Below, piece after piece: positions 40,601-52,600 of a stretch of DNA of 64,000 bases. The DNA lies in contig NC_092671.1 in the NCBI RefSeq assembly GCF_964355755.1, forward strand, positions 40,620,304-40,684,303, read 5' to 3'. This stretch comes from Antedon mediterranea (taxonomy: Eukaryota; Animalia; Echinodermata). Below the pieces are notes generated by a model, which was not told the DNA's origin, did not search any database, and worked only from the letters and a program-made list of their open reading frames with translations. A program made the position numbers and the translations under genes. Each line of letters starts with the position of its first letter. The first letter of the stretch is position 1.

Positions 40601-43600
40601 GCCTAAGACATTAATGACTGGCTTTAGGCAAAAATAAACAAGTAAGATGCCAGAGGCAAAAGCTCACGCTAAATAGGGCTCGTTCTCCTAATGAACCCAT
40701 TCAATCCCTATCCACAATGGTACACTACACCAACCATCTCGTGATGAATCAGTATTAAAAGTTTGTATGCATTGCGACAATTTTTTGCGTTAATTGACCA
40801 ATCACGATAGTGTCACAGACGTTCCAACCCTCCCGAATTTCTACGGTAGCCTCCCGAATTTTCCTCCAATCTCCAGAATGTTGGTTTATTAATGTAAGTA
40901 ATTTATGATTTAAAAAAAACATTTTTCAAATCTATGTTCACCATTGTCTGAATGATGTCTTTTAGAAGGTTTATTTCTGTATTTTATACATATTAATTAA
41001 CTAGGCTTACATCAGATTTTACTAAAATGTGCGATGCACCTCTGATCACATTGAAAGTCTGATTATGAGGGTATTTTGTGTAATAAGTAATAAAGCGGGT
41101 GTAAGATTTTAAATATTTTTAGAAGATTTTAAATGTTTAAAAGTTGTCTAATAATCTATATATAAATTATGGTTAATTCTGACATAGGCGAGCACAATGC
41201 AAAAACTTCGGTACAAATCTCCGCCTTGGATACCTACCTTATCTATCCGAGATGTACCGCGAAACGTAGATTTGATAACATTAGTGTTCACGCCGACGCT
41301 ATTGTTCCATATTTATATCTTAGGAAGATATTATAAAGAGTTTTTTAACAACATTTATGATTTCAACATTAGATTTTCCTCTCAATTTCAATTCTTCCCG
41401 GTCAAAGTAATTTCCGGGTTTAAGATAAGTTCACCTTGCAACAACCTTAGTTTCAAATATTTTCTCTCTTTTAAACACAAGGGAGCAGTTAAAATAATAG
41501 ATTTGACCCTAAAGGTGACTGGAAACAGGCACTTTCCATCAATCAATACAGTGTCCCTTTGGAAGACGAAAAATATGTCAGAATTAACCATAATTTATAT
41601 ATAGATACCGCGCGTGTGTGAAGGTACAGTAGTTAAATAATAGGAATTATACTGCAAATTAAATATACGCCAAAGAATCAGAATATATTGTGGGGAATAG
41701 TATTATAAAATTACATAGGGAGATTTGATGATAAGACATTTTTCGAGTGAAATCCTGATAGCTGAGTTTTATTGAGTAAGCTTGCAGGAATAACTGTAGG
41801 CTATCTTCCTGTGTCCCATTAGGACCAAGATGTCTGCCCATGTTGCAAGCCGTAATGTCTTCTTTCTTGGGCCGACTCTGTCACGGCAGTTAGTTTCAAA
41901 AGATGATTAAATTAAATAATGTATTAATAATTATTAGGATGGTATTCATTTGAATAAACGCCTCTCCAATAAAACATCACTTTGAATAATAAACCCTCCC
42001 CCCCCCCCAACCCAACTATCTAATAAACGTCCATCCACATATTTATAATAAAACAATTATACTATTTGTAGTAGAATTCACCGCACTGTTATCTACAATT
42101 TATTAAGCATTTGTTATTCTTTTTTAGCACTTTTCATATCTATTAGAGGATTTCATTTGATTATAAATGTTACCATATTATTAAAACTAAAAAATTTAAC
42201 ATATATCCCTCGAATAAGCACCTCCCTCAAATGACCTCCGCCTCCCCAAAGGGCCCTACCAAACAATAAAAACTATACTTTAAAATGTTATTAATCATCT
42301 AAAACACTGTGATACAAAGTAGTTTAGTTTTACGAATGTCAAGCATTTTCAATAATGGTAACCGACAGAAAACGTATAAGGAGAACATTATCATTCCGAG
42401 AACCATCGTCTACTATTCCTAGAGGGGGAGCGAGCGAAGCATTAACATTAAACTCAGATTTTCGCCCAGTTTCTAACCTTCATACCTTAGGTAAGATTAT
42501 TCAGTATCTAACCATTTCCTGTCTACTTTATGAAACATATCAGTCGGTATAAATAATATAATAAATCTCATAGTACGGAAACTGCTCTATCGCGTTAAAA
42601 GTGATATATTATGTTGATGAAACCTGATAAAGGGTGATATATTATGCTATAGTTTTGGCAGTTTTTTTTTATCCTTTTGATACGATAGATCACGACATCC
42701 TGATCAGTCGTATGCAGAATGAATTTGGCATTACTGGCTTTTCTTTATTAATTGGGTAGATAGAAATAAAATTACTTCAGCATTACATAAAAGGGAGTTT
42801 TTTATTGGCGTCTTTCTTGATTTTTCAAAGTCAGTCAAATACCACAATACTTCTATCACAATTAATTGATTGGTTTAAAAGTTATTTATTATTTACCTCC
42901 GCCAAGGAGGTATCTCTAATCGATCGCGACGTGTGTCTGTTTATTTGATTGTCTGTCTGTTTGTTAGCAGAATTACTCAAAAAAGTTATTGCAAGAAATA
43001 TGTGGCCAAGGACCAATTTTTGACCACTTTTTAGTTTTATTTTCAGACCTGCTAGTGTTAAAGCGAATTTACGATTTGCACCGAATAGAGGTGTTTTTCA
43101 CATGTACAAACTGTTTTACATATAAACACAATATACACAAATAAACGTCGTAGAAGTGGTGTATTATTGTCATGCAGTACATTTGAAATCGCTGAAATTA
43201 TACTATGTATTCGAGAACCATCCCTAGTTGTTAAAATTGTTATAAAATACTAAAAAATATTTTAGAAGTGATTATATCGAATTACAGTACTTAAAAATGC
43301 TTATATATTAAAATGCTTATATATTATGCGTGGTGCGTGTGAGTGTTAGGCTACTATTATGTAGTTTCTTTTATATTATATGTAGGAATACTTTAACTTT
43401 CCAACTTGTATCTTTAAAACCTTATTTCATGTTTTTTTCTTTATGATAATGTTTTATTTTTCAAAGGGTCTTACGACTACAGACAATTCCTTGTCTCTGT
43501 AAGATTCATGTAACATATATATTAAATATCTAACATATTGTAGATTCTGTAAGTAAATGCACGGTGTTATCATTGAGTTTGTACGATATTGAGTTAAATT

Positions 43601-46600
43601 TTGTGCAAACTTCCATTTCGTATGGTCTCTATCTCCTTGGCTTTGCGCGCGCGGTCTTGTTGGCTTTAGAAACACCTATCAATAGAGGGCGACATTAAAA
43701 AAATATACTGTAGAAATTTGTTTGGCGTGCGAGGTCAATATACACTTACACTTACACTTACACTTAATGTTTGATGGAAATAGTTTAGGCTAGTGCCTAT
43801 TAGATTCCATTTCTAGCCGAAAATAGTTGTCAAGTCTAGACTTAAAGATGTTCACTGAAGAGGCTTGTATTACATATTCAGGCAGAGAATTCCAGTGATG
43901 TATGACTCTGATGGTAAAAAAGTTGACCCTGCACATAAGATTTCCTCTAAGTTTTGGACGATATAGTTTTAAGCTGTGTCCCCTGGTTCTGATGTTGTGA
44001 GACAATTTAAATAAATCTTTTGGGTCAATATCCTCAAAGCCTTTCAAAATTTTGAAAGCTTCAATCAAATCTCCTCGTAGTCTTCTTGTCTCTAATGGTT
44101 GAAGATCAAGATATTCTAACCTTTTTTCATATGGTAGATCACTTATTGACTTGACCATCTTTGTAGCTCTTCTCTGCACCTTCTCCAAGATTTCTTTGTC
44201 TTTGTTATAGTAAGGAGACCAGGACTGTATACAGTATTCCATATGTGGACGGATGTATGCCTTGTACATGACCTGAAAACTTTCTTTGTCAATATTTTTG
44301 AATGTTCTTTTGACAGTTCTCATACTATTCGTCGCTCTAGCTGCTGCTAGTAGTATATAATATAGTAGCTGCATCAAATTTGTTTTCGGTATTTAGATAT
44401 TGTTATTTTGTTTTCGGTTTGTTTTCGGTTGTTTATGGTTGTTTTCAGTTGTTTATGGTTGTTTTCGGTTGTTTTCGGTAATTAGACTGACCGTAAAAAT
44501 CAGTTTGATTAGCAATATTGCTAAACAAAATTTTAAAATGAAATTTTTCACTGATCATATAAATAGGCTGGCCTAGGCTAGGCCTAGGGCCTATACCTAG
44601 CCTCTAGCCTAGAGGCTAGGCCTACTGATACTAGTAGGCTAGAAGACAGGATCACCGCAAACACACTCAGCAGACTCTACTACTATTGAAATTGATTGGT
44701 GGACTTCTGACACTGTGGGTGAGTGAGTGCGAGTCATGCATGTTGTGAGGCCCTTAAGGCCGCCCATACGTATGACGTAGGTAGTTGGAGAGAAAGAGAA
44801 ACAATTACGTGCGTAGACCGCCATATTGTTCGTTTGACTTGAGTTGTTATTAAAGTTAGTTATAGCACATCTTTGTGTATAGTTTTATTATTGTGGTATT
44901 GACGAAGCAACATACCCAAACATGGCGCTGCGAGCAATCAAAGTTCAGCCTCCCAAGCTAGATTTAGCGAGCGACAGACTGTCGGAGTTTCGTGTATGGA
45001 AAACTCAATGGGAAGCGTACATTGCTGTCACTGAACTTGATCAACAGCCCAACCAAGCACAGGTAAACGTGCTCAGTTTGAGCCTTTCTGTTGACACTAT
45101 GAAGATTTTAATGAACCTAGGCCTTACTCAGGCTCAGCTCAAGTCACCCACGGACATTATTACGGCGTTGGAAACGCATATTCAAGGTCAACTGAACGAA
45201 TCCGTTGAACGGAAAAAGTTTCGATCCAGGGTACAAAAACCTGGCGAAGAATTTGACGACTACCTTGTTAGCCTACGCGACCTTGTACGCGAATGCAACT
45301 TCTGTAATGATCAATGTGCTAAGAATGCCATAAGAGATCAAATCATCGAGGGACTCTCTGATAATACAATTGTTGAAAAACTCTTAGCGATTGACAAATT
45401 GGATTTGACCAAAACCATATCAACGGTACGTGCATTAGAGGCCGCTAAACGACAAAGGGATGAAATAAATCCTCAACAGCTAAGCCTAGACCAGACAAGC
45501 ACTACTGCGGCTGTAAGAAAGTCCAATAATATGAGAAAACATCACAGTAAAAAACCAGAAAAGCAGCATATTAATAAGCAGCAGGGTAAGCAACAACCAT
45601 CTTCTAGTAATAATGATAAATGTAACTACTGTGGCAAGGTCCACCAACGTGGAAGACAGCACTGCCCCGCTGCAGATGCTACGTGTAATACGTGTAGGAA
45701 ACGCGGACATTTTTCAACCGTATGCCGCTCTAAGCCCCAAAATGGAGCGATACGGATCAATACGTGCAGTCAGTACGATCAGTTTACACATGCACCTCGA
45801 ACCACAGTAATGATAACACACAGGGAACATGCCGTAGACGCTCTTGCTCTTCCTGATTCCGGTTCAGATATTTGCCTCGCTCCTACATCACTGCTCGAAC
45901 AAATTAATGACCACGTAGAGAATCTCATCCCTTGCAAAATACGACCTGAAACTGTCGAAGGTAGCAGAATTCAGATTGCAGGAAAATTACCACTAATCGT
46001 TTCAACCGACGAACGTTGCGTGAGTGTTACAATTTATTTTTCTGATGACATCGATGACATTATTTTATCATGGAATGCATCAAAGCAGTTGGGATTTCTC
46101 TCACCAGCTTACCCTGAGCCACTGTGTCACGCAAACGTTGCATCAGTTACTAACATTAGTCCGATTGCTGCGCCACGTTTCAATCTGACTAACTTGTCCA
46201 AGGAATTTCCAGAAGTGTTTGATGGTATAATTCGCTCGATGCCTGGTGAAAAATTCACAATCAAGATAGCAGATGATGCTAAACAATTTTGTGTTAGCAC
46301 CCCACGAAAGATACCGTATGCCTACAATGATAAGCTGAAAGCAGAGCTCGAAACGCTTGAACGCCAAGGCATCATTGTCAAGACTACTGAACATTCCAAT
46401 TGGTGTGCTCCAATCGTCATTGCACCAAAGAAGGACACTGAAAAAATCAGAATGTGTGTTGACTTATCTCAACTAAATAAAAGTGTAAAACGCGAGTATT
46501 ATCCTCATACTACTCCACAGGAAGCTGTAGCAGATATTGCTGCATCCGATGCTCAGTTCTTTACTGTAATCGATGCGCTGAAAGGATATCACCAAATTCC

Positions 46601-49600
46601 ATTAGAGAAACAGAGCCAATCTTATACAACGTTCATAACTCCCTTCGGACGGTATAAATATTTGCGAGCACCATACGGTATCACATCTATTTCGGACCAT
46701 TATAATCGTCGAATGGATGAGGCGCTTCAAGGTTTAACTAATCATAGACGCATAGTCGACGACGTGGTTATTTTCAGTAAAACCAGACAAGAGCATCAGA
46801 AAGTGGTTACAGAATATCTCAAGAGATGTCAACAACACCATATTGCGCTGTCAACTGATAAGGTACAGTTATGTAAAACTACAGTTGCCTTTGCAGGTTT
46901 CACCTTATCACGTAATGGATATTCGATCGGTCCTAAAACCATGGAAGCGATCAGTAAATTTCCAAAGCCCAGTTCCAGATCAGATTTGAGGGTATTTAGT
47001 GGACTTGTAAACCAACTTGCCTCCTCGACTAGTAAGATCGCAGAGCTGATGACTCCACTACGACCCTTGCTATCTGAAAAGAACGAATTCATGTGGAATG
47101 CTGTTCATGATCAAGCTTTTGATAACGTTAAGAATGAACTTTCTATAGCACCCACAATGGCGTTTTTTGACTTAAAAAAGCCAACGAGATTGACCACTGA
47201 TGCCTGCAGACATGGCATTGGCTATATTCTATCTCAAAGACATGATGGTGATGAGTGGAAAACAGTACAGGCCGGTTCGCGATATCTGACAGATGCAGAA
47301 AGCAGATACGCAGTGATAGAACTTGAAATGTTAGCCGTTGCTTGGGCAGCACAGAAATGCTATATGTTTTTAGATGGATTACACCATTTTCAAATAGTCA
47401 CTGATCATCATCCGCTTATTCCTATATTGAACACTCATAGATTAGATGAAATCGTCAACGTCAGATTACAACGACTTAAAACTAGAATGTCTCGATACAA
47501 CTTCACTGCACAGTGGGTTAAAGGCAAAGACAACTACGCAGCAGACGCACTGTCACGTTACCCACATGCGAATCCTTCGAGTACAGATGAATTAGCTGAA
47601 CAATTAGCATTCAACGGTCAAGAATCTAGTCCAATACCTACATTGGCTGCCATTCGAGCAGCCACGGACAGTGTGGACGCTGATAATGCCAGATTGCTCG
47701 AAATATTGAAGGCCGCAAATGATGACAATGAATATCAGACACTGAAACAAATGGTATCTACAGATGACTTCCCAGCAACGAAGACGAGTATGCCTGATAA
47801 TCTAAAGAAATACTGGTGTATTCGAGCTGAATTGTCAGTTGAACAAGACCTTCTTGTATATGGATGCAGACTATTTGTTCCAGAGGCCCTTCGACCAATC
47901 ATGTTAGACAAGCTTCATCATGCACATCCTGGAATTCGAAGAGCTCAAGACAGGGCCCGTATGATTTTATATTGGCCGAACATTGATCGAGATATCGAGA
48001 ACATGACTTCAAACTGTAAGTTTTGTCAGGATAACTTACCTGTCAATCCCAGAGAACCACTGATTCAGAAACCCCAACCAACCAGACCCTTCCAGCAACT
48101 TGCAGCAGATTTTGCCTTTGTGAATGGTAGAAATTATCTGATCGTGGTTGATTGCCTAACTGACTGGCCAATTATTGAAGATATGGGTAAGAATACTACT
48201 ACAGCAGCTACGACTGAAAAGCTAAGGGACATATTCTGTAATGTTGGTGTACCTGAAGTATTTTGGTGCGACGGAGGACCACAATTCACCTCCAATGGTT
48301 TTAAACAGTTCGCTAATAACTGGCAGTTCACCATAAAATACAGCTCACCTTATCACCAACAATCTAATGGGAAAGCTGAAGCTACAGTCAAATCCATGAA
48401 AAAGCTTATCCGCTCATCATCTTCAAATCATACATTACCAGACAAAGAACAGTTAGCAAAAGCGCTCTTGCACTACAGAAATATTCCATGTAGGAAAGAT
48501 GGATTATCTCCTGCTATAAAGTTATTTGGACGACCTATTCAGGATACACTACCAACGCACCATCGCGCCTTTAATGCCGACTTCCAGAAAGATATTAAGG
48601 AAGCCCAAATCATCTTGGAAAAGGGGAAGGTGAAAGAGAAACAATACTTTGACCTTCACACCAAAGAACTGTCAGATTTAAAGCTTCATAACCATGTTGC
48701 AGTATATAATCATTTAGATAAACTGTTTAACATTTACGGAACAATAATTGATATAAAACCAAACAGGAGATACTTCATCAAAACATCGGGGGGAAGGGTG
48801 TTAGTTAGAAACCGACGCTTTATACGTAAACGTACGCCGCAATCTATTGGCTTTGTACCAGTGGACCTGCCCAAAAGGCATAGGTATATGCGCAGCACCA
48901 TTAAGGCCCCTGCAAGATTGATTGAAGATCCAAAATGGCCATAAGCACTTTGGATCTAAGGGGAGGTGTGAGGCCCTTAAGGCCGCCCATACGTATGACG
49001 TAGGTAGTTGGAGAGAAAGAGAAACAACGTGCGTAGTGTAGTGCCGCTACACAGATGCTTAAGCGGAGCGCGTCGCTCTAAACACCTGGACGCGCTCCGC
49101 CGTGTGTATCTTGGAACGTCAAGTACGTTAGGGACACTTGAGAAGTCGACGACGGAAACTAAACCTATATTATTACTACTCACTTATTATTATCATACAA
49201 AGACTATTACAATGGTGAGTATTTTACGTTGTAGTCTTTTATCGTAGTTAAGGAACTAAACCAAGAGACTAGCAATCTCTTTATTGGCGACGAGGATTAA
49301 AATTAAACGCGATATTTTTCTGGCGAAATATGACGCCGAAAATACGCGAATCTGGACGTGCGTTGTTTATATTTACATTCAATGTATCGGCCCTCGCCAA
49401 TTCATCACCGTCTCGAGGATAAGAACGTGAATGTTTCTTATAAGTTCATGTTCTCTCCGAGAGTTGGGGATGAATAGTAGATTAGGATTTATTATTTTTA
49501 TTTTTTATATTTAATATTCGACGAATGAACGATTGGCCTATACTAGATGAAACTGTAGTATAAGAATATTATTATTCATGCTCGTGACATGAATTTCATG

Positions 49601-52600
49601 CTCGTGACATGAATGTTCACGCTCGTGACGTGAATGGGTTTTGTATGTTAACCCGCTGGACTCGTGATTCCAGAACGAAACGACATGGCCCGTGTTTCAT
49701 GTCCGATTTCGGAAAATATACGATTAGGTTAGGCTAGGAAGTATTAGTTATCATATTAGTGGGCCAGTTGTTTACGTCGTTCCTTCACTGGAAGTCGGCA
49801 GTGTTGGAAGAATTTATTTATTTATTTTATTAGTTTATCATGAACCGCAAAAATAAATTAAACCTTTGCCTTTTTTGAAAAAAAAAAAAATTTCATTAGA
49901 GGGAAGATGGTTGAAAATATACTGGTCAATTGTATTAGGCCTAGATCCTCCGAGTCTTGGGCGATAGTTTTTCGATATTGTTTCAGATCTCATCCAGGTC
50001 TTATTCCATTCGAACAAACTGCCGCGCAGTTCTTGGACATCATACGATTGGCTAGGCTACAGCAACCAATCATATCATTGCATTCGCATAGTCGCTACCT
50101 GAGAGGGTCGTGCAGCGCGAGCTGTGCACTATCCAGGGAATGAAAATGCAAGCGATGATGACGCGGTTACGTGCGTACTCTGATTGGTTGAGCAATGAAA
50201 GAATTCTATGTACTAATAGTTCTGATTGGCTATTTACTTTACGGAAACATCCTATTTTTAGAATACTATTTTTAGGATGTGGATGTGAGTTTTAGTTATA
50301 CGCACGCCGGTACGCTCTGGCGAATGCTCAGAATTCTATTATTACGCAGTTATTTACTGTTGGGTTGTAGTTGTTTTAGGAATCAATGAAGTGGACATTT
50401 ATTTGAGATTATAAAGAATTTATTATTAGCTTACATTGTGATATTGTTCTGTGTGTTCTTTCTAAATGTGTCTACTGTATTCATTGGTGACTAATTCAAT
50501 CGAAAGATTCCAACGGTAAATTTAGTTCAGTCACAGTATAACTCGGTAATTCTGAACGAGTATACTAGAAGAAGGGCGAGTTTTATGGTAAACTAGTTCG
50601 CTCAATGTAAGAAGACTGAGGGCAATGATTCGAGGTCGGAACGAGTTCTTGCACGCGATCGGGAGACGTAACATGAGTTGCGGATCTAGATAGCTATGGC
50701 ATCAACTACGTGCTTTATTCGGTGTTTGCTTATAACGAAGAAAGCACCGGCTCTGTTAAAAAAAAAAATAATAATGCGCCGACATCGGCGAAAATCATAA
50801 AAGGATAGTACTGACGAGGTCTTTGAAGGGTCTGATCTTGAAGTTAATCCTAATAATCAGGTGACTTCAAAGAATGCGTCGATTAGTTTTAACGGGAAGG
50901 AGGAGCAGTTATTCCTGACGTTAACTCTGTGTCGAATGTAACCACGGATAGGTGGTTTAATTCCTGTTCCAACTACGGTACTCCTAATGGGGATATCTGA
51001 AATCGCGACTCTCATTATCCGGGCGATGACAACATGCGTTTCGATGAACGAGCTGGCGGCGAGTCCAATAGGTTTGTGCCTATGGAACGCGGTCGAGTTC
51101 CTTGGCGATCAATAAATCGTCAAGGGGGACGCAACAGATCGAGAGTCCGAACGACGGTATCCTAATCGAGGTCGTAGAATGGGAATGTCGCCACAGGGGT
51201 ACATCGACGGTAATCGCTATAAACGCTACTCGGACGATGTCGGTCAAGTTCGGACTGATTGTCGAGGTTTCGATTACAATGATCGAGATCGCGGTAATGA
51301 GGACAATACGAACGAGTACGTCCGAAGAGAGAGTAATGGCGGAAGTTTCGGACGTGATCCGCGCTGAGTTCATTATGTGGATAGGGACCACTTGCGTGGT
51401 TGATACGGTCATAATGAAGAATGGCGAGGTGAGCGTCGGAAAAGACTACTTTTCCGCCCTCAGAGAAACCTGGAATTTTTCGGTCAAAATGACTGGTACA
51501 TTTTCTGGGATAGATTTGAGGGGTATGCCCGAATTAGTGGATGGAACCTGGCGGAGAAGAAGGAGGCTTTTCACTTAGGTAAGAAGGGGAAAGCAGCCAT
51601 GTACTACTTACGTTGTACATTCTTCACGGCAGTGACATCACAAATAACTCGGTAACTAGCTCTGAAGAGATGTTGGAACTCCTCTGGCGGAAACGATGAT
51701 CACTATTTGTTACAGGCGCCAGAGTTTTCGTCCCAACAATTTGTAATCGAGGGGTAGAAATACTATCTTGTACTAAACTTGTGTTTTGCCTCTTAATGTT
51801 TTACAGATGGATAACTGCACTACTTCCGATCGAGTAACGGTGGAGGAGGAATTGTTCCTGCTGCAGGTGGAAGACTTCCCGCCGTTGGGCAAACCAGCTG
51901 CGAAACGAAAGTCTCCACCTTCACCTACTGGATTGGAAGAAGATGATGTGGCGATGGAGGTCGGGGACCCAGATCCGCCAGTAGTTGAGGGCAGAGAGAC
52001 GCCAGAGGTCTTGGCAGGATCGCCGGAGAGGCCAAAGTCCCCCTCCATTTTTCGTAAAGAGTTGCTTCCCGCCGCGCCAGCCGTGAAGGTATGGCGAACT
52101 CCAGGAAGTAAGGAGTCGGACTTTGCGTGCCGAGACGTCCGTCTCGTTGGTACGGCGACCAGTGCTGTTCCACCTAGTGCTGGGGCGGTACCAAAAGTTA
52201 AATCTCAGAGAAAGGCCGACAAACGGTCGAAAGACAACAAAAGACCTCATCCTGAAGGCGGTCAGATGGAATCGGGTAAACGGTCACGTCGGGCATTCCT
52301 GTGTCCAGTGGCAGGATGTGGCCGGGTGCCCGAAAACCCAAAACAACACCTGGCGCACCACATACCGCCATTCATGACGGAAACATCGCCGGAGGTATCG
52401 TCGACCACCTCATCTCGGCGCTGGAGTTTCATCCAGGAGTTAGTGAAACTCGTTCCGGAGTGCGGCGGGAGTGTCACCAAGGCGGTAGCACTTTTCAACG
52501 CCGAGGGGAGAATCCAGCCTGGATTCTTCTTCACCAAATCTCTAAGGAAGATGATGGAGTCGATGGGCGAGGCGGCGGGGCTCGAGATGCCCGAGTCGAA

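Larger units (their letters stand above)
36984..40693. mobile_element. Non-autonomous DNA transposon with 36-bp TIRs and nested repeats
   Basis: CATTAGGAAAACGAGCCCTATTTAACGTGAGCTTTT at 36984 with its inverse (2 mismatches) at 40658-40693; no clean TSD, no transposase. Confidence 0.6.

Noticed and set aside
41197-41841. ORFs repeated at 41.2-41.8 kb and 62.8-63.7 kb
   Set aside because: Chance ORFs inside the two Helitron copies; frames differ between copies and there are no Rep/helicase motifs
44568-44645. TAGGCC/CTAGGC-rich stretches flanking the Gypsy element (also 53766-53830)
   Set aside because: Low-complexity motif scattered through the window and lying outside the TSD-defined boundaries
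46750-46765. RT motif IVDD instead of YxDD as a sign of inactivation
   Set aside because: Both catalytic Asp residues are intact, the ORF is open and the LTRs are near-identical; hydrophobic substitutions at this position occur in Mag-like elements
51102-51578. 158-aa ORF in the nested element, plus antisense ORFs at 51080-52762
   Set aside because: Off-frame or antisense readings of the decayed gag and the GC-rich accessory ORF
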